Source of the DNA: the human T2T-CHM13v2.0 reference genome, Homo sapiens
Reading direction: 5' to 3' (one strand)
Length of the DNA stretch: 64,000 bases
Assembly (NCBI RefSeq): GCF_009914755.1
Contig: NC_060947.1
Shown here one piece after another: positions 1-32,496 of this stretch. Under the pieces are notes generated by a model. That model had not been told where the DNA came from. It saw only the letters and a list, made by a program, of their open reading frames with translations, and did no database searches. How positions within the stretch are numbered: position 1 is the first letter of the stretch; each line of letters begins with the position of its first letter. A program made the translations under genes and the position numbers.

Positions 1-2788
1 GCTTACTGACATTTCACCATGCACTTGAGGTGAGAGCATTATCCTCAGCCTCACTGTCAACCTACCTCTCCTTCTTGCTAAAGCTGGGAGCACACCCAAG
101 ACTCCCTAGGGCCCAGCTCACCCTTTTCTTTGGGATATAGCCCTCTCGAAAACTTCAAATTTTGAGACAGGGGCAGTGGTAAAACAGAGAAACTTTAAGG
201 GGAATAAAGCCATCTGTGCCTAGCTGATCAACAGCTCTGCAGTTTCCTTTTTTATATATTGGAAGTAAATGCTTAAATAATTGGTTATTTTGGCTCGACA
301 TATTTTATTGCACCTTTAAAGAAGGATGTGTGCTTGAGACTGGGTGGGTGTGGCCTGGCTGATCTGGCAGTATACAGGTTGTGGGTGGAAGAGCTTAAGA
401 ACATACTTGTTTCTCTTATTCTGTGATCCTATGCCCTAGGGCTGTACTTTTTCCTTCTGATTAGCTTTCTGGGCGGTGCTGAGTTGAATGCAAAATGAAT
501 TTACATAGTGGGTTGCTCTGACTAGAGTGGTTTAATACAGAAATGAGCAGGGACTATGGATGTGGGGGTGGAAGGAGATGTGAATCTAATTTTCCATATG
601 AATCTGCATCATTTGTGCAATAGAACTGTACTTATGTCTGGATCATTGTCTTGACAAGGCTGGAATGAATGTAAAATGATCTAAGAAAGAGACTACTATA
701 ACCATGGGGTTAATTTAAGAACAGAGAAGGAATATACTCAGTGTTTTAGCAGCTGGAAAGTGTGGAGAGGGAGGGACTGAGGTTCTAGGAAACATACACT
801 CAATTGCAACCTCCTCATTTCCACCAAGAGCCTCAATTTCATATGCTCTGTTCTACTGACATTCCCATTCACCTCAGGTCTCATATTTCACAATCACGGT
901 ATTAAATACTTTTTCCCTTCTTGGCTGTATCACACTCATTTCTCATAATTCCCAGATTATATGAGGAAAAAAAGCCAGGGATTTTGGAGAAGACTGCTAG
1001 GTAAACTCAAATGCCCAGTGGCCCTAAACACCTGTGGAATCCAGCTAAGGCTCAATGTCAGGTGGAAAAGAGCCTCATGACCCCCTCAGGCCCTTTTCTG
1101 TTTCCCATAGGATGGAGCAAACTGTATGTTTAGAACAACGGAAGCTGCTGAGCCTAGGACTGAGAGGACTGCCACAGACTGGGAGACTGCTAAGCCTTTG
1201 GTCATGGCCACAGACCAGGGAAGAGACAAAACTGAGGGACAGGCTGCTAGGCCTTGATATTAATGTCATGGTCACTCTCTCCCATAATACAAGCGCTTGT
1301 TAAAAATTTCAGATGGTAAAAATCAGGAGTATTTCCCTCATACTCTCCTGACCATTCATACCCCTGCAAGAGGTGACTGCCATGAACACTCCAGCCCATG
1401 CTCCCTTCAGAGATAGATATTTAGATGTGTAAGTATAGACACATAGAAACATATTTTTTTTTCATCTTCCTTATATGAAGTTATATTCTACCCTGCACCT
1501 AAGAAAACACCCATAGTAGGTTGCTCCCATATTAGGAACATTCATAGTATCTCTGCTAAGTCTGCCCCAAACAGACCCTTCCTGCCCCCAAACAGAGGCC
1601 TCTGCTCTGTGGGACCTCTGCTCAGCTTTGGCCAGGCATAGCCCAGGCTGCTCTGCTCATCCATGCACATTCTGAACTTGAAGGGACCATCTACTCTATC
1701 AACCCTAGGAAGCTCCTGATAGCACACAGACTCACCACTTCCTTCACAGAGAATATTCAAGTCAGTCACCTTACCAGTCATTGAAAAGGACATAAAGGAC
1801 TCATTTCATCCCTCACAAACCTGATTTGTGCTGATCTCTTATAAGGAAAGCAGGAATCATTTTGACCTAGAAGACTGGATTCCCAGAAACAGTAACCCTT
1901 AGCCCAGAAAAGGCCAGCAGACTGGTGGGTTTGCTCTTCTCTTCCTCTAGTTGGGTCTGAGAGTGGCCAAGAGATGAAGTTTACTAGCCTGTTAACCTGG
2001 CACATGATACCTGGGAGCTAGTCCTCCTGCTGTCTCCCAAATGACTGTGGAAAATCAGAGCTTTTCTGGGGCTGCTTGTATCCAAAGGACTCTACTGGAA
2101 GCGATCTTCTCCTGGAAGCGGCTTGAAAAATTCAAGTCCTGCAACCTGCTGCAAAGGCTCAGCATACCGTCTTGGGCAACTGGCATGGAGTGACACACAG
2201 ATCCCCACCTAGGATTCAGTTCCCAAAAATGGATCTTATCGTTCCCAGATTGTGAAAGCAAGGGGAGCAGTTGGATAGTCTTAAGCAAAAAAGTGACAGG
2301 ATAGGATAATATATCCTCTAGATGTGAAGGCACTGGGGGGCTGCAGAACTTCCCCTCCCACCACCAACACTAATCAATAATGAAGAGCCAGGGCTGTTAT
2401 GCCAGTGAGCTTTATTTCCCTATAGAATAAATAGCTATTTTCCTGATTATAATTAGTGCATGTAAATCATTTCTAAAATTCAAACAACTTAGGAATGTAT
2501 GTGGATAAAAATAGAGAACATTTGAAATTTTTTTACCTTGAGGTGACTGCAATTAATTTTCTGCTGACTATGGTAGGAAGAATTTTGGCCCCCATGATCT
2601 TCACTCGCTGGGGTTACTCCCATGAATATGTTCCATTACATGGCAAAAAGGACTATGCAGATGTGATTAAAGTTACTAACCAGTTGATCTTAAGACAGAC
2701 AATTATTCTGGATTATAAATGTGGACCTGATGTGATCACATGAGCACTTAAAAGCAGAGAATAGGAACAGAAAAGAAACTCAGATTTA

Positions 2789-2913
2789 GGGTGAGTGTGG
2801 TGGCTCAGGCCTAGTAATCTCAGCACTTTGGGAGGCCGAGGCAGGAGCATCACTTGAGCCCAGGAGACCAGCCTGGGCAATATACCGAGACCCTCATCGC
2901 TAAAGGAAAAAAA
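2789..2913 (+). mobile_element. Alu left monomer (FLAM/AluJ-like)
   Basis: Alu 5' consensus followed by a short A tail. Confidence 0.8.
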
Positions 2914-3077
2914 GCAAGATTTGAAGTGTGAGGACTTGACATGTCATTGCTGGTTTGAAGATGTGGGTGCCATGTGAAAAGAAATACATGCAGTCTGAAG
3001 TTCTTAGGAGAAATGCCCTAGCTGACAGCTGGTGAGAAATGGAAACCTCAGTCCTACAACAACAAGAAATTAAATTC

Positions 3078-3400
<323 letters not shown>

Positions 3401-3973
3401 AAGAAATTAAATTCTGCCAACAACCTGAGGGAGCTTGGAAGCAGATTCTTCCCCAGAGCCTGCAGAAAGGAATTGCATCCCAGACTACATTTTGATCTCA
3501 TCTTTGTGAGACCCTGAGCAGAGAACCCAGTTAAGCCATGATATTCCTGGACTTCTGACCATGAAAACTGTGAGATAATGAGTTTTAAGATGCTACATTT
3601 ATGGTTATATGTTATGGCAGCAATATAGTGACAGAAATAAAGTGACAATCCTTTAATACATCTCTTCTTCTATGCATATACACACTAACACAAATACATA
3701 CTAAATTTATGTATAATTAACTTGTACATTGGGTTTTTGTGAACCAGCTTCTTCCTACACTATCTCCTTTGTCCCCTTTAACCAATTATTAGTAATTTCA
3801 GGTTCATAATTTTCTACCTTTCTTTTTGGTGATATATACCCTTATATCTTCGTGATATGATGATATAATAAGGAATATATGTTTTGTCTCCTGTCCCAGT
3901 TGCTGGCACAGAGCTCCTAAAATTCTTCTAATTCCCTGAGCAATAGGAGTGTTAGGAACAAAGAACATTTTGT

Positions 3974-4438
<465 letters not shown>

Positions 4439-5004
4439 CTATCCTTTGGGAAGGAGAGAGGGGCTGGAAACTGAGGTAATAATAGATCATGCCTATGTGA
4501 TGAAGCTTCCATATAAGTCCCTAAACTATGGTGTTTGGAAAGCTTTCTAGGTTGGCATTCAGAAAACTTCATGCCTATGTGATGAAGCTTTTAAGTCCCT
4601 AAACCATAGCATTCAGAAAGCTCCTAGGTTCACAAAGCTTCTGAAGAGTTCAGAAAGCTTTGAGGCATCTACATGCCAGGAGGTAGCATATCACAAATTC
4701 ACAAGGACAGAAGCTCTACACTCAGGACCCTTCCAGACCTCACCCTGTATATTTCTTCATTGGCTATTCATCTGTATCTTGTTTTATATCCTTAGTTACA
4801 TAATAAACCAGTAAATGTAAGCAAGTGTTTCTGTGAGTTCTGTGAGCTCTCCTAGCAAATTATCCAACCCAAGTCGGAGGTCATAGGAAACCCAATTTCA
4901 AGCTGGTCAGTCAGAAGTACAAGTTACAACCTGGGACTTGTAATTGGCATCTGAAGAGAGGAGGATTCTTACGAGACTGTGCCCTTAACCTGTGGGGTCT
5001 ATGA

Positions 5005-5056
5005 GGAATGCAGAATGTGGAATGGGATGGGATGGGATGGGATGGGATGGAATGGA
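5005..5056. repeat. (GGAAT/GGGAT)n pentamer microsatellite
   Basis: Direct reading. Confidence 0.85.
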
Positions 5057-5519
5057 TCCAGCTGGTGTCTGCAGAGAATCAGAAAATTTGTCAATGTGGG
5101 AAAACCCTCAGAATTGGTGGCCAGAAGTGTTATGTGTTTAGTGTGTGTAGTATAAGAGGAAAAGAAAACCTTTTGTTTTTATCTGTTATACAAACGCCAA
5201 CACTCAGCAAATCAATTCACCCACTGCAGGTATTCAATCAATGTTTGATGAATAAATAATGCAATGGGCATTGTGTTTAGTTTGTTAGGTTTTTATTTTC
5301 TCTATATTCTTGGACAATTAGGGCAATCCATGATATATCCATCAATTTTGTAGAAAAACAAACTGAAAGAAAAGAGAAAAGCTATCTTTATACATTTTTC
5401 CTTTATTTATTTGGGATCAAACTATTTATTGGTGATTTTTTTGTACATTTCCAAGAAGCAGTCTATTTTAATACCATATAATCTATGCCAGATCATACCA
5501 TGAGACAGAAGGTTTCCCT

Positions 5520-5662
5520 CCCTAATCCTAACCTTAGCCCTAGATCTAGCCCTAGTCCTAACCCTATTCTTAACCCTAAGCCTAACCCCAACACCAACCC
5601 CAGCTCTAATCCTAATGCTAAACCCTAAACCAGACTCTAATCACAACCCTGACTCCAACTCC
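5520..5662 (+). repeat. Degenerate interstitial telomere-like (TAACCC)n tract
   Basis: Hexamer phase with exact TAACCC at 5559, 5571 and 5583 plus TAGCCC/TAATCC/CAACCC variants. Confidence 0.8.
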
Positions 5663-5675
5663 ACCAGTAATAAGT

Positions 5676-6992
5676 CATGACAGGCTATGTCTGGCCATTA
5701 CTGATCTTGACAATTCATGACTGACTTTGACTGGTCTTGATCATCCACAACTGGCAGACTGACTGTGACCAGCTCTGACTGGCCTTAACTGGTCTTGACT
5801 GGCCCTGACCAGCTGTAACTGGCTTGGACCTACTGTGACCATCCTTGACCAGCCATGACTAGCTTTGGCTTGTCTTGACCAGCTGTGGCTAGATTTGATC
5901 AGTCTTCACTGGCTTTGACTGGCTTTGATGCCCTGGACCAGTTTTAACCAGCTGTGACCAGCCTTAACCAGTTGTAACTGGCCTTAACCAGTTTTGACTG
6001 GCTTAGACCAGCCATGACCAGCTTTGGCTGGTCTCTGCCAGTCGTGACTACTGTGACTGGCTTTTACCAGCCTGAACAGTTTTTAACCAGCCATGGCTTG
6101 TCTTGATTGGCCATGACTGGCTGTGACCAGCTTTGATTACAATTGACTGGTTTTGATCAGCTTAGACCAGCTGTGACCAGCTGTGACCAGTCATAACAGA
6201 GCTTAACCAATTTTGACTGGCTTACACTGGCCATGACCAGCTTTGACTGGTCGTGACTGGCCTTCATGAGCCATAACTGGCTTTGACTAGAATTGACCAG
6301 TTTTTACCAGCCATGACTGGTCTTGACCACATGTGACTGGCTTTGACTGGTCATGACTGGCTTTGGCCAGAATTGGCTGATTTTGATCGGCTTAGACCAG
6401 CTGTGTCCAGCTTTGTCCTGTATTTACTGGCTGTGACTGGCTTTGACTGGCCTGGACCAGTTTTAACCAGCCGTGGCTGGTCTTAAACAACTGTGATTGG
6501 CCTTTGCTACCTGTGACCAGCTTTGGTTGGCTATGACTGGCCTTGACCAACTGTGACTGGCTTTGGCCTATCTTGACCAGCCATGACCAGCCTTGGCCAG
6601 CCATGACTGGCTTTGATCAACCATGCTGGATTTGGCCTGTCTTGACCAGCCATGACCAGCTTTGACTGGCCTTGACCAGCCATAATCAGACTTCACCAGC
6701 TGTGACTGACAATAACCAGTTGTGACTAGCTTTCACAAACCTCAACTGGTCTTAACTAGTCATGACTAGCCTTGACTGGAGTTGACTGGCTTTTACCAGA
6801 TTAGACCAGCCATGGCCAGCTTTGACTAGTTTTGACTGGTCTTGACCACTTTTGACTGACGTTGACCAGTCTTGACAGGCCTTGGCTGGCTTAGACTGAC
6901 CTTGATGGGTCTTCACTTTTTTTTGTTGTTGTTGTTGTTACCAGATTTGACCTGCCATGACTGGCCTTGACTGGCAGTATCTGGTCATGATC
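5676..6992. repeat. Diverged 10-bp tandem array, consensus about (C/T)NN-TGAC(CA/TG)G, roughly 130 units
   Basis: Strict 10-nt periodicity, e.g. ctgtgaccag / ctttgactgg / ccatgaccag. Confidence 0.93.
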
Positions 6993-7463
6993 CTGCTGCT
7001 TCCTGCCCAGCCAAGGTCCTGGGACTCAGAGGCTGTACAACACTGTGGGGGTAGGTGGAGGAGAGCAGAATGGTGAGGGTGCACCTGGGAGAGCTCACTG
7101 GTGGGGTTACACCAGAAAGGCCTTAGAGATCACTTCCTCTTGCAGATGGAGAAATAGGCCCTGTGGATGTGGACTCAACTATCAGAGCAGGTGACAGTGG
7201 AGACAGGCAAAGATATCTGCATGACAGGAGTAAGCTGGGGTGAGTGCAAATTTGTGCACTTTTCTCCTCCCTGAGACTTTCAGCTCCACAGAGCAGCCTC
7301 TGAAATACATGTAAATACTTGGTGATCCACAATCCAGACAAGAGTGGAAGGACCAGAGAAGGATAGGACCAGGTGGAAATGTAGTAGAGAGGCAAGGTGT
7401 TAGCCTAGGGGGAATGCTAGTTAACCCACAAGGTAACGGTGAGAGAAGGGAAGGCAATAGTGA

Positions 7464-8185
<722 letters not shown>

Positions 8186-8186
<1 letters not shown>

Positions 8187-8358
8187 TTAGCCTTATCCCC
8201 TTAACCCCTAAACCCTGACCCTAGCCCTAGCCCCAGCCTCAACCCTACACCTAACCCTAACTCTAAACCTCAAACCTGTTTATACCTTAACCCCTAAAAT
8301 CTAAATCCTAACCCTCTAATCCTAAACAGCCTAAATACTATATCCAACCCCAACCCCA
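8186..8358 (+). repeat. Degenerate (TAACCC)n tract, right part
   Basis: taacccctaaaccctgaccctagccctagcccc...cctaaccctaactctaaacc. Confidence 0.8.
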
Positions 8359-8477
8359 GATCAAAACAAACATATCAAACAAAGGGATGACATCACAAGG
8401 ACAGAAAACTACAGAACAATATCCCTTCTAAACATAGATGTAGTAAACCTTAACAAAATAATAGTAATATGAAACTA

Positions 8478-9084
<607 letters not shown>

Positions 9085-10102
9085 TTATCAAGTTGAGTTC
9101 ACCAATGGTGGGCAGGTGAATCTGTGCTCCTCCCAGTGGACTGCACTGAGGAGACCATAGCATCAGGCCAGAGTGTTTCTGCCAGGAATGCAGGGTCCGC
9201 GTCTGCTCAGGAGGAAACACTGGGCAAATCTAGTTTGGAGTCACCTCTGCTCTTTAGATCTACCAAGGTTGTGAAACTGAGGGACAGTCTCAGGAACAGT
9301 TCCAGAAAAAGAAAACTGGACCTGAATGGAAAAAGACATTTTTTCTCCCAGTTGAGGCAGGTGGTGAAGTGAAATGGGTCTGCAGATTGGAATGTCAGGT
9401 AGAAATCATGTACTTCCTGATTTGGGGATTATGTGATGGTTACCTAGGAGAGTGTCCCTGCTTTGGGTAAAATATACTGGAGTATTTTGTGTGAAATTGG
9501 GAATCTGATACAGCAATAACCACTGGGGAATCTAAAAGAAAGGATAAAGAGTACTTTGTACTGCTATTGCAGGTTTTCTACAAGTATGAAATTATTAGGA
9601 AGTAAACTACTTTTTTAAAACAACCATGTCAATATCATTTCAGTAAAGCAGAAACAATATCAAACTTTGTTATAGAGGCTAAGCCTGACCCAAATCCACA
9701 TCAGCCAAAGCTGTGAAACCAATTGCTCTTCTAGGAGTCTGAATGTTACTTTAGTATTAAGAGGCCACTGTGTGGACATAATGTTACTGGCCACTACACC
9801 TTGGTTGTGGAGAAGAACCTTGAGGTATGGTGGAAACAGTAGGATTTTTTATTTCCAATTTTCCACTTGAAGCCCTTCCTCTCCTGGGTACTCTGAAGAC
9901 TTACTGCCCCTCAGTAGTCACGGCTGCGAACAGGAAGGTTTTTATTCACCATTGACGTTGTCTCCAGTTGTCCTAAAGTGAGACGGTGCCCCCTTAGGTC
10001 TGTGCTGAGGAAAACGAAACTCTTGTCTTTGAAGTGGGCTTGGTGCTGAACTCCATAAGCGGAACACAAGGCGCTTCATGGGGTCAGAAAAGGCGGGTTC
10101 GC

Positions 10103-10119
10103 GCGCCCCCTGCTGGCCA
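10103..10119 (-). promoter_or_regulatory. CTCF core motif 1
   Basis: Minus strand reads TGGCCAGCAGGGGGCGC, essentially the CTCF consensus, in a CpG-retaining patch. Confidence 0.8.
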
Positions 10120-10167
10120 CCAGAGACAGTGCGAGATTCTCAGCGCTCACTGTGTAGCGGTAGCCGT

Positions 10168-10184
10168 GCGCCCCCTCCTGGCTG
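10168..10184 (-). promoter_or_regulatory. CTCF core motif 2
   Basis: Minus strand reads CAGCCAGGAGGGGGCGC; same orientation as motif 1, 65 bp away. Confidence 0.72.
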
Positions 10185-10215
10185 TCCTGCTGAATCAATT
10201 AAATTCAATGTGCAG

Positions 10216-10495
<280 letters not shown>

Positions 10496-10619
10496 TCAAT
10501 GTGCATATTATTCAGTGCCGTAATTTTGGAAATTCAAACTAAAATGGAGCCCACTATCCCGGTCTTTAACAAAAATGCTGAAGGAACAAGTCATTTGAAA
10601 CCATATGGAATGAAATGAA

Positions 10620-11525
<906 letters not shown>

Positions 11526-11527
11526 AG

Positions 11528-12623
<1,096 letters not shown>

Positions 12624-12629
12624 TCTGTG

Positions 12630-12865
12630 TGTGTATTTTAAAAAGTATTCAATTATACTTATTCAAGCATGGTAAGGAAGACTTTATTCAGGACCATCGT
12701 GATAGGTATAAGAACCACTGCAACGGGGTCTTGCAGTCGGGGAGAGAGATTGGGCTCAACTCCAAATACAGCATGGGCCAGTGGGACTTTACAGCCAAGG
12801 ACCAGGATGGAGGTCAGAGGATGGAAAATTGCTAAGAGGAAATCAGGAGTTAAAGGTATCAACAT
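12630..12865 (-). mobile_element. MER31-like LTR fragment
   Basis: gaagactttattcaggacc...gagagagattgggctcaactcc motif. Confidence 0.55.
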
Positions 12866-14981
<2,116 letters not shown>

Positions 14982-14985
14982 TTTC

Positions 14986-16500
<1,515 letters not shown>

Positions 16501-17004
16501 ACAGACTTGCTGTAGTTCAACCATTTCTACTTGATGACAAATGTGTGCCAGCTAGGACTTCCTGATGTCTACCAGTTAATCCACATACCAGTGGGAAATA
16601 CCTTAACGCAAGAATAGATGTATTTATCTAACTGGGATAGGCCCTATGAAGATTTCATCTTATTGGGGAAACAGCCTACAAGACAGTGAGAAAATTCAGT
16701 GAGAAAAACTTAACTAAATTGGTTAAGTCTATCAGTCCTACCAGGAGGAAATCAAAGACCCAAAGAAGGTCAGAGTTGAAATAGTGGAGAACTTCAGGTC
16801 CAGTGATTTTCAAACTGTGCTCTGTGAATCTTTGGAGGATTTACAGAGGTACTGCAAGGTTCACTGAATATCTGGGAAAACAATAGATTGTGGAGTGCTG
16901 GGCCTTTCTTCCTTCTCTTTAATCAGAATAATGGTTTTAACATTGAAAAAAAAATGATTCTGTTGTTTGAAGTTTAAAACATTTTTTTAAAGTTATGTCC
17001 AATC

Positions 17005-17526
17005 GAGACTTACACTTCTGGAAAGACTGATTATATGTATTTTTTCTTATTCATCCCACGAAGACCGGCTTAAAATGCTGAATATTTCATATAAAACAAA
17101 CCTAAAATGATTCTGAAAGGTGGAGAGAAAAAAGCAGACCAGCTAAAAGCCTCAGAACTTAAGTATTGAGTCACCTGAGGTAAGTGCTCTGCTTTTTTTG
17201 GCCTTTTTTTTTTTTTTTTGCCTCATACATCTCAGATGTGGTGCTGGAGAAGCCAGCAACCCAGAAATGTGAATGGGTACAGACATAAAAAGCCCAATAA
17301 AATCTTGCTTTTTCTAGCCAAATAACCAGGAAAGGGGCAGCCTAGCAAGATAGAAAACTTTTACACAATAGCTGCTCTACTCTAGCCAAACCCCATGGAA
17401 AAAACTGTGATTCCACTTCCACCCCAGCTAGCAAAAGTGAGGTAGAAAGCTTAGATAACCATTTTCATCTTCCTGTAACTTACAATACCACCCTTCCTTT
17501 CCATCACCAGGATAGCATTACAGAAG
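17005..17526 (+). mobile_element. Old L1M (L1MD-like) 5' UTR fragment
   Basis: ctgaaaggtggagagaaaaaagcagaccagcta motif; resumes after the LTR8 at 18254-18290. Confidence 0.5.
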
Positions 17527-18253
17527 TGAAATTGCCATGGCAAAATTATAACTGAGACAGTGAAAGAGATCCAACCTAACCAACTCCATCTTACTTCTAA
17601 CCGCCAAGCTGTCCTTGTTTATTCCTGGGTGTAGGCCGAAGTAACTTTGGGAGGAACTTAGTTTATAGTCTATACTTTGAAACAAACATGATAACAGCCC
17701 TTTTTCAAAACAAACCCCCTTCTTGCCTGGGGACTAGACTGCCTTTGTAGGACCAACAAATTAGTCAAAAGATTAGAGATTATGGTTTAGGAGTCATGCA
17801 GCTGGAGGCTACAAGATTCTGACCCTCCTCAAATTGATCCTGGGATAACATCAGTATTGTAAAATCTAAGATCAGTGCTTTTTTGCACTTGATGGATCTT
17901 TTTTTTGCACTTGATGGATCAGCTGACACCACCCAGATCAATAAACTGGTTCATCTGATCTTGTGACCCCACCCAGGAGCTGACCCAGTGCAAGAGGACA
18001 GTTTTGATTCCCTATAGTTTCATCTCCAAGCCAACCAATCAGCACTCCTGACTCACTGGCCCCTACCCACCAAATTATCCTTAAAAACTCCAATCCCCAA
18101 ATGCCCGGGGAGACTGGTTTGAGTAATAACAAAACTCCGGTTTCCCGCACAGCCAGTGCTGCATGAATAACTCTTTCTCTATTGCAATGTCCCTATCTTG
18201 ATAAATTGGCTCTGTCTAGGCAGCAGGCAAGGTGAACTCATTGGGCAGTTAAA
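17527..18253 (+). mobile_element. LTR8-family solo LTR
   Basis: tgaaattgccatggcaaaattataactgagacagtgaaagagatc start; 4-bp TSD GAAG. Confidence 0.85.
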
Positions 18254-18289
18254 GAAGACTATGTAGAGAGCCCAGACTTTCATCCCAGC

Positions 18290-19289
18290 CAAAATTATAA
18301 CAGTGAGACAATTATGACAGTGGAAGCAATCTCATCTAACCTTTAACCTCTTGCCTTTAACCTCCAAACTTTCCTTGGTCATTCCTGGATGTGGGCCAAG
18401 CTAACTTTGGGAGAAATTTAGTTTATAGTTTAAATGATAACAGCCCTTTGCCAAACTAACCACCTTTATAAAACTAATAAAAGTCCACAAGATTAGGATT
18501 ATGAAAGAGCCCTGAATTCTAAGATGTAGGTTTAGTTAAATGATTACCAGCCATTGTTCTAGAGGTCACAAGATTTGTAACTCCCCCGCTTACCCCTGTA
18601 AATAACATCACTATTGAAGAACCTAAGATTGGCCTTTTGATATGTCTTTTCAGACTTTTGCATTTCTGATGACCAGATGACTTCACTCATGACTGAACTG
18701 GTCCTGTGTTCCCCACCCAGAAGCAGACTCAGTCACAAAGGACCATTTTCCACACTCCTATAATTGCATCCCCAACTAATCAGCAGCACCCATTGCCTAG
18801 CCCCCTGCCTGCCAAACTATTTTTTTAAAAACCCTAGCCTCCAAATTTTGGGAGAGGCAGATTTGAGTAGTAATAAAACTCTGGTCTTCCATTTAGGTGG
18901 CTCTACATGCTTTAAAGTATTTCTTTTTTGTAATTCCTCTGTCTTGATATTAATCTATCTGGGCAGCAGGCAAGACGAACCTGTCAGGTGGTTACAAATT
19001 TGGGGGCTCATCTGGGATAGCCCTTTCAGGTACCACCCACAGTTTGGCAGCCCCTCACTGGCAATCAATCCAGAGGCCATGCAAGGGGCTGCTTAGTTCT
19101 CTTGGACTAAGGGCTGCCTCTGGTACTGTCTCTACCAGTTGGGTGCTGTTGACCCGTAATGCATGGATCTGATTGCAATGAGGAAATAGTTCCTGGAAGA
19201 TGTCTTTTAACCAGAGTTGATGAGTATTCCAAAATACAACATACTGAGACACCAGCTGGGGTAGCCAAGGGAGTGCTGGCATCACCCCT

Positions 19290-19290
<1 letters not shown>
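18290..19290 (+). mobile_element. Second LTR8-family LTR (5' tip missing) with tRNA-Pro PBS (19001-19018) and HUERS-P1-type leader
   Basis: ...ggtggttaca aatt tgggggctcatctgggat (PBS-Pro consensus TGGGGGCTCGTCCGGGAT). Confidence 0.8.
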
Positions 19291-25745
<6,455 letters not shown>

Positions 25746-25749
25746 AGTT

Positions 25750-30855
<5,106 letters not shown>

Positions 30856-31133
30856 GTCCAGCGTGGTGGCTCACGCCTGTAATCCCAGCACTTTGGGAGG
30901 CCAAGGCAGGCAGATCATGAGGTCAGGAGTTCGAGACCAGCCTGACCAACATGGTGAAACCCCATCTCTACTAAAAATACAAAAATTAGCTGGGCGTAGT
31001 GGTGTGCCTGTAATCCCAGCTACTCGGGAGGCTTGAACCTGGGAGGTGGCGGCTGCGGTGAGCCGAGATCACGCCATTGTACTCCAGCCTGCGCGACAGA
31101 GCGAGACTCCATCTCAATTAAAAAAAAAAAAAA
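30856..31133 (+). mobile_element. AluS
   Basis: Consensus with a small internal deletion. Confidence 0.9.
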
Positions 31134-31557
31134 GAATTTTTAAATATTTCAAAGTAAAAAAATAAAAATAAAAAATTGAATTAGCTGGAAAATAATTAGG
31201 CCAAATCCCTTATTTCACAAACAGGGTCACCGGGATGCCAAAAGGGCAAATGACTGGCCCAATGTTACTCAACTATTAGGGCAGTACTGAGACTTTGCAA
31301 CCTTTATTACTGTCCTAAGATCTAAACTTCTTCTTTGGAGCTCTCAAAACTCAACAACTTTCACCAATGTGCTTTCCAGCATCAACTTGCCCACACTTCC
31401 ATCACATTCCCTTACACCAAAATTCTTCTAGCTCTTCTTGTTGGTCAGATTTCCCTTGAGAGTTCCATGTTCCTACTGGATTTTCCACTTCTAGATAGCT
31501 CAACATTTTTTTTTAGCAGTCATACACTTAAATATATATTACTAGGGTAGATTTTCT

Positions 31558-32496
<939 letters not shown>

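Noticed and set aside
1-2560. Exons or 3' UTR of a neighbouring gene (e.g. SLC16A2), or the short ORFs at 1055-2333
   Set aside because: No recognisable protein similarity or convincing exon structure; cannot be supported from sequence alone
5676-6992. CRISPR-like or coding interpretation of the decamer array (ORF 6392-6604, GQSQSQLV repeats)
   Set aside because: No unique spacers, eukaryotic context; the 10-bp period is not a multiple of 3 and stops occur, so the ORF is a by-product
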